42,681 bases of DNA from a virus (taxonomy: Duplodnaviria > Caudoviricetes), in IMG/VR virus record IMGVR_UViG_3300036779_000092, positions 1-42,681 of that record, one strand, 5' to 3'. The translations under genes were made by a program, and so were the position numbers. Of the stretch, positions 1-9,073 are shown one piece after another (position 1 is the stretch's first letter; each line of letters starts with the position of its first letter). The notes under the pieces are model-generated. The model saw only the letters and a program-made list of their open reading frames with translations. It made no database searches and was not told where the DNA came from.

Positions 1-163
1 TAAAATAGTTTTACTTTGGTAAATAGCATATACAAGGCATCGCTGTCCACTTCACTGTCTTGTTTGTCTTCCTTGTTTCATTTTGCTTTGTCTGGAATGG
101 GGCGCACTGGGGGCGGGATCTTCCTTTAATTTAATTTGCTACTGTTGCAATTTAATTTGCAGC

Positions 164-1252
164 TCAGTGAACACGCACCGGCCGCAGTGGTTTGCCATAG
201 CGATCGAGCGGACCATCGGCATATTTCACCAGGCTGCGAAGCCATTGATGAGGCGGCGCCGTGCGATTGATTCCCTCCGAGGCCGCGCGGTTGCGCAGGA
301 GCTGCTTGAAGCGCAATAAATCCACTTTCGGATTCGCATTTATAAAATCCTTCAAAGCGCGATCTTCCAAATCCGACCAGGGACATTCATATTGCTCGAC
401 GCCAGCCCCGGCCCAGAAGTGGAAAATCTCCGTTTTCGACTCCCCTGAAAACTTCGCCTGATTTACGCTTTCAGGATCCTCCGCGGCCGGCGCCGCTTTT
501 TTAGGTTCAGATCTGAAATTAGAAGCCCTCGCGCCGCGCGTCCTATGCCTCGCCACGCTCCCATTAACACTCGCCTGCACCTTTCCCGCAGTCGCCCCAT
601 TCGGATGCGCTGCAGCGGCGTTTTTGCCCGGTTTTGCTCTTGTTTCGCTTTTAGAGGTTCCGAGCTGGCGAGAAGGAATGGTTTTCGACTCGTCCCCTGC
701 CCCCGCGCCGGGGGTAGGGGTCGGGGTGGGGGTAGTTTTTGCTTTTGCTTTTATATCTAACTTCTTGTCGCTTGAAGCATTGCTTGAAGAACTGCTTGAA
801 GGTGTGCTTGAAGCACTGCTTGAAGCAGCCAGTTTCTCCTGTCTTCGCCTTTCTTTCGCGATCCCACCTTTTCGGGCTCTTTCGACAAAAACTCTTTTAT
901 TTTCTGTACGTTTAGCCTTCTCGGCATCGCACCAGACATCAAACCAGAGCCCATCGCCGTCCTGGGAGAGCAGCTTTTTGACTGGCGCCAAGCACTTGCT
1001 AAGCAGGTGCTTGAGCTGTGCTTGAGCTGTGCTTGAAGCACTGCTTGAAGCACTCTCCCCGCTGTCCTCAAAAATCGATCCAGAAAAACCAGCGATCGCA
1101 GCCATCTCCGTTTCTGAAAAATGACCATGTAACCACTGGTGGTAGATCAATTTGTGAAGTATCGCAAATTGCTCATTTGTAAGGTTTTGGGTATGAGACA
1201 GAATGTCCCCGATGGTAATAGGGATCCAAAACAAACCAGTCTTAGAATTCAT
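164..1252 (-). CDS. Phage replication initiator, DUF1376/YdaU-like N-terminal domain
   Basis: LFWIPITIGDILSHTQNLTNEQFAILHKLIYHQW resembles the DUF1376 N-terminus; RARKGG motif; iteron repeats inside the gene as in lambda O; start placed at MNSKTG (the ORF extends to 1324). Confidence 0.75.
   Translation of the reverse strand: MNSKTGLFWIPITIGDILSHTQNLTNEQFAILHKLIYHQWLHGHFSETEMAAIAGFSGSIFEDSGESASSSASSTAQAQLKHLLSKCLAPVKKLLSQDGDGLWFDVWCDAEKAKRTENKRVFVERARKGGIAKERRRQEKLAASSSASSTPSSSSSSNASSDKKLDIKAKAKTTPTPTPTPGAGAGDESKTIPSRQLGTSKSETRAKPGKNAAAAHPNGATAGKVQASVNGSVARHRTRGARASNFRSEPKKAAPAAEDPESVNQAKFSGESKTEIFHFWAGAGVEQYECPWSDLEDRALKDFINANPKVDLLRFKQLLRNRAASEGINRTAPPHQWLRSLVKYADGPLDRYGKPLRPVRVH
769..827. 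repeat. Iteron array: five (T/C)GCTTGAAG(CA) copies at 12-bp period, probable lytic origin
   Basis: Copies start at 769, 781, 793, 805 and 817, next to a T/A-rich tract at ~736-762. Confidence 0.8.
997..1052. repeat. Second iteron cluster in the initiator gene
   Basis: TGCTAAGCA 997; TGCTTGAGC 1008 and 1019; TGCTTGAAGCA 1030 and 1042. Confidence 0.75.
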
Positions 1253-1305
1253 GCGGGAATCGTCCAGGTGCGCGCGGTTTTGCCGGCGCAAAGGTTCTTG
1301 GAACC

Positions 1306-1423
1306 TGCTTGAAGCAGACGCCAAGCGCGCAGCAAACGCGAGACAGGGCGCCGGGGACGCTTAAAGCACACGAGTGGCTAGGTCCTATTGACCCGGCTGG
1401 ATCCTACGGGATTGCTTAAAGCA
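1306..1423. promoter_or_regulatory. TGCTTNAAGCA sites upstream of the initiator (possible autoregulation)
   Basis: TGCTTGAAGCA 1306, CGCTTAAAGCA 1358, TGCTTAAAGCA 1413. Confidence 0.55.
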
Positions 1424-1461
1424 ACAATCCCGCCAGGTTGGGCCCGGCGGGAGTGGGGATC

Positions 1462-1713
1462 CTACGCTTGTGCTTCAAGTACAACATCCCGGCCCAGAAC
1501 TGTATCGGGCGGGATCTCCATTGCGTTTTTTGCAGCCAGGGAAGAAGCTAAACGAACAAACAAATTGAAACCGCAACCGCGCCGAGCTGCAGCAATTCTG
1601 ATCCGCTCGTGTTCTTCGGCGCTGAATCGGATAACGACGTTGCGAACATCTTTAGGTTCTGGTTCGCCGGCCTTATTACTGCGCGGTCGCATCTTTTTTT
1701 TGGCCATAGTCAT
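1462..1713 (-). CDS. Ribbon-helix-helix DNA-binding protein
   Basis: RNVVIRFSAEEHERIRIAAARRGCGFNLFVRLA fits the RHH pattern; TATGCT 6 nt before the ATG suggests a leaderless transcript. Confidence 0.7.
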   Translation of the reverse strand: MTMAKKKMRPRSNKAGEPEPKDVRNVVIRFSAEEHERIRIAAARRGCGFNLFVRLASSLAAKNAMEIPPDTVLGRDVVLEAQA

Positions 1714-1757
1714 GCTAATAGCATACGATATGATATCTCAGTCAAGAGAAAAACCGA

Positions 1758-2288
1758 ATGCCACGCATGAGCCGCACCGCCGAACGTAGAGCTTGGACAG
1801 CATTTGTCGAAGCCGCGGAAAATGCAACTGGTAAAACTGCTAGTCGCGTGACTGAAATTTCTTTCTCCGTCGAATGTGAACCCATACCCCAAGGAAGCAT
1901 GGGCGGCATCTGCACCACAAAGGCCGATGGTTCCCCTGTGACGGTGCTCAAAGCAGACAACCCGCGTACCCATGGTTACAGGAACCAGGTGGGCTTTGCA
2001 GCCCTCGAAGCGCGCGCCGCGGCCGGCGTACATGGAGTATTCGCCGCGGCCGCGGTGCCCGTGCGCGTAGCTCTCACCTTCGTATTCGAACGGCCGAAAT
2101 CGGCGCCTGCTTCAAGAACGCGCCCGATCGTCAAACCCGATTACGACAAACTTGCTCGAAGTACAACCGATGCCATGACAGGCATTCTCTGGGTAGACGA
2201 TTCGCAGGTTGTCGATGCCGAGCTGCACAAGATCTATGGGGCGCCGGCGCACGTCCAGATCACCGTTGGAATAGTGGAGGAAAACTGA
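1758..2288 (+). CDS. rusA: RusA family Holliday junction resolvase
   Basis: PIPQGS, RPKS, KPDYDKLARSTTDAMTG, WVDDSQVV motifs; the true start may be GTG 1848. Confidence 0.9.
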   Translation: MPRMSRTAERRAWTAFVEAAENATGKTASRVTEISFSVECEPIPQGSMGGICTTKADGSPVTVLKADNPRTHGYRNQVGFAALEARAAAGVHGVFAAAAVPVRVALTFVFERPKSAPASRTRPIVKPDYDKLARSTTDAMTGILWVDDSQVVDAELHKIYGAPAHVQITVGIVEEN

Positions 2289-2289
2289 T

Positions 2290-2481
2290 TTGACCATCAA
2301 GGAACTGCAAACACTGGTGGAACAACTCGCGGCGCACAGCAATGTACTCGCTGAACAACAGAGCACGATCAACAAGCTGGTGACCGAGGGATTAACCCAA
2401 TTATCTCTGGACACGAAGGCATTGCTTCTAATCGTTCAGAGTCACGAACGCCGGCTCAATGGGGGCGGGGAAGGTACTTAA
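2290..2481 (+). CDS. Hypothetical coiled-coil protein
   Basis: Abuts rusA; upstream GGAGG; heptad pattern. Confidence 0.6.
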   Translation: MTIKELQTLVEQLAAHSNVLAEQQSTINKLVTEGLTQLSLDTKALLLIVQSHERRLNGGGEGT

Positions 2482-2802
2482 TTGAAATCAGAACACTTTT
2501 TTGTGACCGGCATCGTGTCTCAGCGCGACAGTAAACCATATCTGCAGTTGGCAACCGAGCACGGCATGGTTGCCCAGTTTTCGATGAACGAAGCGCGCCA
2601 AATCGCCATCGACATTCTTGTGCAGTCGTCACGGGCAGAGATGGATGCTATGGTCCTTGCCTTTATTAAAAGCGAACTGAATGCTCCCGAAGCCGCTCAG
2701 GTGGCGATGATGCATCTGTTCCGCGACTACCGCGCAAGCCTCGACGACGAAAAGGTTGAGCACGATCACCGGATACCGCCCAGGAACGAAGAGGAATCAT
2801 AA
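2482..2802 (+). CDS. Hypothetical phage protein
   Basis: Tightly packed in the operon; SD-like GAAGG. Confidence 0.65.
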   Translation: MKSEHFFVTGIVSQRDSKPYLQLATEHGMVAQFSMNEARQIAIDILVQSSRAEMDAMVLAFIKSELNAPEAAQVAMMHLFRDYRASLDDEKVEHDHRIPPRNEEES

Positions 2803-2803
2803 A

Positions 2804-3094
2804 ATGCCAAACGTGAAAGCTGTTGACCGGCGCGCGCCAGTCGAATATTTCCATTGCCTCATTTGTGGCGATCAGATCCCCGCCTATCGCGTGGTCCGAA
2901 AATCGGTCACCTGTACGCCCGAGCACGCCAAGGTCCTCAATCTTGAACGGCGCCGGCTGCGCGATCTGACCCGCTGCCGATTCTGCAACCGTCCCAACAC
3001 GCCTTCGGAACGCCAGCAGTTCGCCGCCTGGCGCAAGAGTCTGCCCAAAGCAGGCAAGAAACGCGGGCCTAAACCAAAGTTGGAGGCTGCTTGA
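2804..3094 (+). CDS. Zinc-finger protein with basic C-terminus
   Basis: CLIC, CTPEH, CRFC; ATG 2804 after GAGGA. Confidence 0.65.
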   Translation: MPNVKAVDRRAPVEYFHCLICGDQIPAYRVVRKSVTCTPEHAKVLNLERRRLRDLTRCRFCNRPNTPSERQQFAAWRKSLPKAGKKRGPKPKLEAA

Positions 3095-3309
3095 TGAACC
3101 TGCATACCGATCCCGAGCTGGCGTCGTGGGTGTTCGGAATCCTGCACGCTGAGCCTGTACCAGCCGGCGGGTTTCTTCAGCACGTGGCACAGGCCGCGGT
3201 GCGCGCCGATGCCATGTCTTACGTAGCCCTGCGCCCGGCCCTGATTTTACTCAGCATCCGATTTTCGAGCTACGAATGTAAGTGTGGGCAGAGGCTTAGC
3301 AAAGCATGA
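3091..3309 (+). CDS. Hypothetical protein
   Basis: Overlapping start/stop with both neighbours; GGAGG upstream. Confidence 0.6.
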   Translation: MMNLHTDPELASWVFGILHAEPVPAGGFLQHVAQAAVRADAMSYVALRPALILLSIRFSSYECKCGQRLSKA

Positions 3310-3536
3310 GCGAAGAGAAGAAAACCGACTTCACGGGAGAAATCCGCATCGGGCAATGGGCAACCTACTTCGATACCGGGATCTGGACCATGAAAGACGG
3401 CCAGATGGTCGCGCCGCCTGATCTGACCCTGGCCCAGCTAAAGGATTTCCTACTCGCAACCGGCGGCGGAGTCTACTTGGGGAAGGATGGTTTGTTTCGA
3501 TGGGTCCCCTTTTCCGACCAGCCCCCGGGTGCTTGA
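3306..3536 (+). CDS. Hypothetical protein
   Basis: ATGA overlap with the previous gene. Confidence 0.6.
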   Translation: MSEEKKTDFTGEIRIGQWATYFDTGIWTMKDGQMVAPPDLTLAQLKDFLLATGGGVYLGKDGLFRWVPFSDQPPGA

Positions 3537-3566
3537 AGCAGATGCTTGAAGCAGATGCTTGAAGCA
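3530..3566. repeat. Three perfect TGCTTGAAGCA palindromes at 13-bp period
   Basis: Copies at 3530, 3543 and 3556; identical to the initiator-gene iterons. Confidence 0.9.
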
Positions 3567-3579
3567 GGGAGCCCCAAAA

Positions 3580-3777
3580 ATGCCTGAACACTACTCGAAA
3601 ACTACGGTTGAAGTGAAAGCCTGGTGCAACGTCTGCCATCGGGAAACCATGCATCGCGTCGATCACGGGCAGCGCGGCCCGTGCCTGGTATGCCTCAAAA
3701 AACGAGAATCGGAAACCGCGGAACGCAAGAGTAAGCCGCCCGCGGCGCCCACCCCGACGCAAGGGAATTTATTCTAA
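3580..3777 (+). CDS. Small zinc-finger protein
   Basis: WCNVCH...H...CLVC; ATG 3580 after GGGAG. Confidence 0.65.
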   Translation: MPEHYSKTTVEVKAWCNVCHRETMHRVDHGQRGPCLVCLKKRESETAERKSKPPAAPTPTQGNLF

Positions 3778-3806
3778 CTTCGCTTTCCATTCCCCCCACG
3801 CGAACC

Positions 3807-3852
3807 TGCTTAAAGCAAACCTCTTGCACAACGGCCCAAAAAGGCGGAATGT
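3807..3852 (+). promoter_or_regulatory. Candidate late promoter with an upstream TGCTTAAAGCA site
   Basis: TGCTTAAAGCA 3807-3817; TTGCAC 3824, 17-bp spacer, weak -10 GAATGT; precedes the structural operon. Confidence 0.4.
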
Positions 3853-3903
3853 TGTTCTCTACCGGACATTTGCGGATTTAGCCGCCAAAGGAGAACGAAG
3901 ATT

Positions 3904-4500
3904 ATGCCTGCTCTTTGGGATAGACCAAATGGGCCTGTGAGTCCCGCGGCCAATTCGGTAACCATGCCGCCTTTGAGTACGCAGCTCGCGATACCGGCCG
4001 CGCTGCCGGCCACGCAAGCCATAACCGTGGCCACCGAAAGCATCATCCTCAGCCCATCGAGCCCCGCCGGCGCGCTGGCTGTGCCGCTGGGCCCCTTCAC
4101 GGCGCTGGAACAGACCGTCTTCGACGTCATTGCTTCCGGCTACATCATCACCAAAGCCGCGGGCACTATCGCGCTGGGGCTCTATGCGGGATCGAGCGCA
4201 ACCGTGGTTGCCGGCAACCTGCTGCATAAAACAGCCGCTGCGGTCACGCAGAACACCACTACGGCGCCCTGGTGGATTCACGCCATGCTGATTTACGACT
4301 CGGTAAGTGGCAAGCTGCAGGGCAAATGCGGAGGCACAATCAACAACGTAATCGACCCCGAGATTGCGATTTCGAACGTGCCCATCGGCGTAAGTAATAC
4401 GGCCAATCCTGTGGCCACCTTCTCGCTCAGCATCACTTCGACCGGCGCCGCGCCTGGCACTCCTACCACCATCAACGTGCAGAAATTTAACGCCGGCTGA
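3904..4500 (+). CDS. Putative virion (decoration-type) protein
   Basis: A/T/G-rich beta protein; strong AAGGAG RBS; loosely resembles 14161..14790. Confidence 0.6.
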   Translation: MPALWDRPNGPVSPAANSVTMPPLSTQLAIPAALPATQAITVATESIILSPSSPAGALAVPLGPFTALEQTVFDVIASGYIITKAAGTIALGLYAGSSATVVAGNLLHKTAAAVTQNTTTAPWWIHAMLIYDSVSGKLQGKCGGTINNVIDPEIAISNVPIGVSNTANPVATFSLSITSTGAAPGTPTTINVQKFNAG

Positions 4501-4516
4501 TCGGAGCGAAACCCCC

Positions 4517-4843
4517 ATGGCCAAGGAAAAAGAGGGAACAAAAAAGCCGGAGGGTGAGCGCAAAGAAGGTGGGGGCAAAAAGAAGCTGCACCTTCACGAA
4601 ATACGCAGCACCCAGGCGCGGGACGGTTCGATCGTCCATCACCATACCTACAAAGAGAATCCAGACCATCCTTTCACCATGCCGGAACGCGGGCCCATGG
4701 CGACCAGCGCCGACCCCGAAGAAGCCGGCCAGCACGTACAAGAACAGTTCGCGATGAATCAGGGCGGCGGCGGGGATCAAGCCGGAGGCGAACCGGAGCC
4801 CGCGGCCGCCGGCGCCGGAGCAGCACCGCAGGCGGGAGCCTGA
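4517..4843 (+). CDS. Hypothetical protein at the small-terminase position
   Basis: Directly upstream of terL; HLHEIRSTQARDGSIVHHH; no HTH recognised. Confidence 0.6.
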   Translation: MAKEKEGTKKPEGERKEGGGKKKLHLHEIRSTQARDGSIVHHHTYKENPDHPFTMPERGPMATSADPEEAGQHVQEQFAMNQGGGGDQAGGEPEPAAAGAGAAPQAGA

Positions 4844-4850
4844 ATCGTTT

Positions 4851-6542
4851 ATGCTCGACGTCGCCAGGCTGGCCGATGATGAGGGATACCGCCAGGACTC
4901 GCGGCATCGCTTCATCACTGACCACTTTTTTGCCGCGGAAGTGATCGGTTATCACGACTTCAACGAACGCGCCCACCGGCCGGCGGTCAACCTCTACTTT
5001 CCCAAAAATCCCCAGCTCCCCATTCGCGACCAGCACCGCAAACATAAGCGAATGCATCTCGATCCGCGGCATACATTCAAAACGTCACTGAAGCGCGTCG
5101 ATCGGCTGCAGTGGATCTGCGCTTTCCCCGAAGAAATCACCATCCTGAATAACTCCGCGACTCAGCCCCTGGCCGACGAAGTGGCGTTCAAAACCGCGCT
5201 GCAATTCTGGCGGCCGAAGGGCGGAGGCTTGCGGCCCATCCAAGTCATGTTCCCCGAACTGGTGGTAGATAAAAAACCAACCGGATGCTGGAACACTCCC
5301 AACCGAAAACTCTGGGGCGCCGGGGATCTGGATTACACCCTCGACTTCACTTCCCCGCAGACCTCGCAATCCGGCTGGCATCCGCTCATCATCGATTACG
5401 ACGATGTGGAAGACACCGACAACAGCGGCATCACCGCCAGTCATGAAGTGCGCCAGAACGTGATCGATGTTTGCGATCAAAATGAAAATACCTTGCGAGA
5501 CGGCGGCTTCATTTTCGTCGGCGGGACTCGCTATCATCCGCTCGATTGGTACGGGAAATGCCTGCGATTGGCGGAGGAAAATCCCGACAATTGGGAAGTA
5601 CTGGTGCGCAGCTCTTTGATCGTCAAGAATGGAACCCGATTGTTACCGGGTGAATTCCCGCGCGAAGATGAAGTGGAATTGCAGTTCGCTGAATTTCAAA
5701 ACCTGAGTTACAGCGCGCTGCGGGAAAAGTTTTATCAGAACTACATAAGTTTCATGGCGCAGCAGCAGAACGACCCACAGGGCGGCGCCGTGGCCCGCTT
5801 TGACGAAAAGCTATACAAGAGCTGTCTGATTGCGCCCGAGCGCATTCCCCTGGCCGGCGATACATACATGGTTTGGCGGCCGCGGTATGGTGGCAAACCA
5901 TCGATGGCTAAATACAGCGAAGGCGCCGTGGCGCGATTGGTCGACGGCAAAATCTATGTGCTCGACGCCTGGCAGGGAACCTACAGCCCCAGCGGAGAAG
6001 CGGAAAAGATCGTGCACCAGGCCAAGGTGCATCAGATCGATGCTCTGATGATCGTATGCGTACCGGGCGCTGAATACGTGATGACGCATGTGCGCAACGA
6101 AGCCGCGCGGCGCAACCGCAGTTTCAGAATGCAGTGGACTGAATACGAGGAAGACGACGCCAGGCGCAGCGGAGCAATAGAGCAACTGGAACCCTTGATG
6201 AAGGTGGGGCGCGTGTGGCTCTCCACTGCCATGTCGAAGGCATCCGAATGCCAGAATCAATTCATTCACTTTGGGCTCATGGAAGAGAACGGCATCATTG
6301 AAGCCATCTCCAAGTTTGCGGCCCTGGTTCCGCTCTCTCTGCTGCGCGCCAACATGACAGAGGAAGAAATTGAATGGCAGCGCCGGCGCCGTGAAGACGC
6401 GATGATTACCGCGTTTCTCGATCAGCAGGGAATGCCGGCGGTCGATGAGCAGGCGCGACAAAAGGCGGAAGCGCACCTGCAGGCCATGAGCGCAACCACT
6501 CATTACGGGATCCCACCGCTGCCAGGAGGATTAGACGGATGA
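4851..6542 (+). CDS. terL: Terminase large subunit (nuclease domain apparently degenerate)
   Basis: Walker A-type DPRHTFKTS, Walker B IIDYDD, coupling motif GTRYHPLDWYG, QQQNDP; followed by the portal. Confidence 0.9.
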   Translation: MLDVARLADDEGYRQDSRHRFITDHFFAAEVIGYHDFNERAHRPAVNLYFPKNPQLPIRDQHRKHKRMHLDPRHTFKTSLKRVDRLQWICAFPEEITILNNSATQPLADEVAFKTALQFWRPKGGGLRPIQVMFPELVVDKKPTGCWNTPNRKLWGAGDLDYTLDFTSPQTSQSGWHPLIIDYDDVEDTDNSGITASHEVRQNVIDVCDQNENTLRDGGFIFVGGTRYHPLDWYGKCLRLAEENPDNWEVLVRSSLIVKNGTRLLPGEFPREDEVELQFAEFQNLSYSALREKFYQNYISFMAQQQNDPQGGAVARFDEKLYKSCLIAPERIPLAGDTYMVWRPRYGGKPSMAKYSEGAVARLVDGKIYVLDAWQGTYSPSGEAEKIVHQAKVHQIDALMIVCVPGAEYVMTHVRNEAARRNRSFRMQWTEYEEDDARRSGAIEQLEPLMKVGRVWLSTAMSKASECQNQFIHFGLMEENGIIEAISKFAALVPLSLLRANMTEEEIEWQRRRREDAMITAFLDQQGMPAVDEQARQKAEAHLQAMSATTHYGIPPLPGGLDG

Positions 6543-6874
6543 CGACAAATGAAACATCGATGCCGCTGGAATTGCGAGACAGGATCCCGCTCTATCAATC
6601 ACACAAACTAGTACGCGCGTTGAAAATAAAAGATGTGATTGAGGAAGTTTCCACGCCGAATTGGGTTGCTCTCCAATTTGAGAATTTCCCCGGCCTCGAT
6701 GGAACACTCGCCATCCATATTGCTAATAAACCGCGGCCAAAACCGGGGTGGTACTACGTGCTTTATGAGGATGGCTATGAAAGTTTTAGCCCGCCAGAAG
6801 CGTTTGAACAAGGATACAGACCCTGGGGTTTTCGTACTATCGTACTCTCACCTTCAAAGGGACGAACCGGCTAA
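6539..6874 (+). CDS. Conserved phage protein (YxSHKxVxA...YYVxYEDGYxSFSP..AFE.GY family)
   Basis: Recognisable motif; lower GC than its neighbours; inserted between terL and portal. Confidence 0.7.
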   Translation: MTTNETSMPLELRDRIPLYQSHKLVRALKIKDVIEEVSTPNWVALQFENFPGLDGTLAIHIANKPRPKPGWYYVLYEDGYESFSPPEAFEQGYRPWGFRTIVLSPSKGRTG

Positions 6875-6883
6875 AAAACTCTG

Positions 6884-9070
6884 ATGGCGACTAGCCTCGA
6901 AATCGCGGAAAAGCCCGGCGGCGATGGAATGCCCATCGGCAACGACCTCAGTCTACCTATTCGCAAAGATCAGGTGGAGCTGGGCAGGGATGGCACCACA
7001 TCACCCGGGATGGATGATGACGCCGCGGGCACCGTGGTCTGGATGGACTATCAGACCACGATGCGGTGGATCGATACGAACTCCTGGCTGGCTGAATGGC
7101 AGTACGTCGACTATCTCTATCAATCGCCCAACTATGACCGTGACACGCGCACGTCGAACCGGCCGGCGCGCATCTCGCGCTTTCTGGTGGCGAAGAACCG
7201 CAACACCATGTCGAACCAGGTACGCCGCGGCCTGTTTGGGGACTCCAACCCCTTCGTGCTTGAACCACGCGGCAAGCTGGCCGGCAATCCCGACGCGGAA
7301 CAGATCCTCAATGCCTGGACGGAAATATTCAACGTCTTAAATGACCGCGCGGATTTTGAGTATCAAATGTCCCTGGCGATCGAGTGTCAAGTGTTGCAAG
7401 GCACGATGATCTGCATCCCCGGTTGGGAAGAAAAAACCGTTATCCGCAAGACTCGCCATCGTCAGAAACCGCCCGTGAGCATCGATATGCCCGTGGGACC
7501 ACCCAAGAAAGTGGACACCTGGGAGAGCGACAACTTCAAGGTGCGCGAGGAACCAGTAAAAGAATCCTGGCCATCGTTTGAATACCGGCGCCTGGGCACA
7601 ACCCTTTACCTCGATACGTGGCGCACTCCCAACCGCCCCGATCTGACCGGCGGCGCGCGCATCGACATTGATTTTGTGACCCTGCAGGATCTGCAGCAGA
7701 TGCGCGGACTGGAGTGCTACAAGGGGATTCCCGAAGACGAGGATTTGAAAACATTCTTCTACGAAACCAGTCCCCGCGGCGATGCGGAGGTTGGGACCGC
7801 GACCGCGCAGGCCATGAATTCGCAATCGACTGTTGTGCTTCATGCGGCCGGCGAAAACCGCATGGTTAGCCAGGATCCGAGCCTAAAGCCGCTAATGAAA
7901 ATCGCGCGCTGGACGAAAGATCGAGTGTGCGAAATTCTCTGCTATCAGGGGCGCAGAAAAACCATCCGCAATCAGAAACACACGATGGGCGATCAGATGC
8001 TGGGCTATTCCGCGACCTGGTGGAATATCGACAACTCTGGTTACGGTCTGGGCCAGGGACGGTTGAACGCCGGCGACCAGCGCGTAGAGCAGGCAACCTA
8101 CAATGAGGCATTGCGGATGATAGCTTTCCCGCTCAGTGCCCCAATCATTTATGACCGCGGCGCCGGCAATGCGCCCACCCAGAACGTGATGGCCGGCCTG
8201 GGAACATTCTTAGGCGTCGATACCGGCCCCAGCCATGACATCAACAAGGCGCTGGGCTTCATGCGGATGCCCGAGATTCCGCCGGAAGTCTGGAAGATCC
8301 TTGATTTTGCGCATCGAGGCGGCGAAAACCTGGTGGGCGCCGATTCCATCGCCATGCAGGGCAATGTGAATACGCCCGGCTCAAGCGCCATGCGCACCGC
8401 GACCGGAGTGAACCGCGCCGGCGGCAAGGCCGATGAGAACGTAAGCGATCCTATCGCGCACCTTGAAGGCGTGATGAAACGCTGGCTTACGTTTCTCTGG
8501 GATCGTGTTCTCGAAGACATGCCCATCGCGGAGATTCGCGCTATACTCTCAGACAAATTCGGTCAGGCGATTATCGATCAGATCGACGCCGAAGATTTTC
8601 TGGATGCGCGATTCGAAATCAAGATCCTGGCCGGCCAGAAACTAGCCGCGCGCGCGGCCATCCTGCAACTGATTCCCTTCCTTCTCCAGATCGTTCAACA
8701 ACCCCAGCTTATGCAATGGCTGCACGAAAAGGGATGGACGATCAATTTCAAATCCATCGAAGACATTTTCCAGCGCATGAGCGAACTGCAGAGCTGGCAG
8801 GATATTTTCGTACCTCTCAGTCCCCAGGAGATGCAGAGCGTTCAACAGATGAACGCGGGCACGCAGAAGCTACAGGGCGCCGTGGCCGTTGAAAAGGTTC
8901 GTGGCCAGAACAAGCTGCAGCAGGTTGCAGCGAAGGGCCAGCAGGACCTGCAAAACACCATCGTTGAAAAGGCGATCGACAAAATCGGGCCCTCAGAACT
9001 GGCGCAGGCGGAAGGCCGGCTATCGCGCAACACGGATATGCAGGAGCTGCAGCAAGGAGTGGGGGCATGA
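6884..9070 (+). CDS. Portal protein (P22/N4-like, with a C-terminal helical barrel region)
   Basis: 728 aa after terL; YGLGQG and RTATGV portal-type motifs; Q-rich C-terminus. Confidence 0.85.
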   Translation: MATSLEIAEKPGGDGMPIGNDLSLPIRKDQVELGRDGTTSPGMDDDAAGTVVWMDYQTTMRWIDTNSWLAEWQYVDYLYQSPNYDRDTRTSNRPARISRFLVAKNRNTMSNQVRRGLFGDSNPFVLEPRGKLAGNPDAEQILNAWTEIFNVLNDRADFEYQMSLAIECQVLQGTMICIPGWEEKTVIRKTRHRQKPPVSIDMPVGPPKKVDTWESDNFKVREEPVKESWPSFEYRRLGTTLYLDTWRTPNRPDLTGGARIDIDFVTLQDLQQMRGLECYKGIPEDEDLKTFFYETSPRGDAEVGTATAQAMNSQSTVVLHAAGENRMVSQDPSLKPLMKIARWTKDRVCEILCYQGRRKTIRNQKHTMGDQMLGYSATWWNIDNSGYGLGQGRLNAGDQRVEQATYNEALRMIAFPLSAPIIYDRGAGNAPTQNVMAGLGTFLGVDTGPSHDINKALGFMRMPEIPPEVWKILDFAHRGGENLVGADSIAMQGNVNTPGSSAMRTATGVNRAGGKADENVSDPIAHLEGVMKRWLTFLWDRVLEDMPIAEIRAILSDKFGQAIIDQIDAEDFLDARFEIKILAGQKLAARAAILQLIPFLLQIVQQPQLMQWLHEKGWTINFKSIEDIFQRMSELQSWQDIFVPLSPQEMQSVQQMNAGTQKLQGAVAVEKVRGQNKLQQVAAKGQQDLQNTIVEKAIDKIGPSELAQAEGRLSRNTDMQELQQGVGA

Positions 9071-9073
9071 GCC

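Noticed and set aside
1-163. Telomere (telRL) or terminal repeats
   Set aside because: No long perfect palindrome, no end-to-end repeat and no protelomerase; only short AT-rich repeats (AATTTAATTTGC x2)
769-3566. CRISPR-like arrays from the TGCTTGAAGCA repeats
   Set aside because: Repeats are 11 bp with 1-2 bp gaps, no spacers and no cas genes; iteron-like instead
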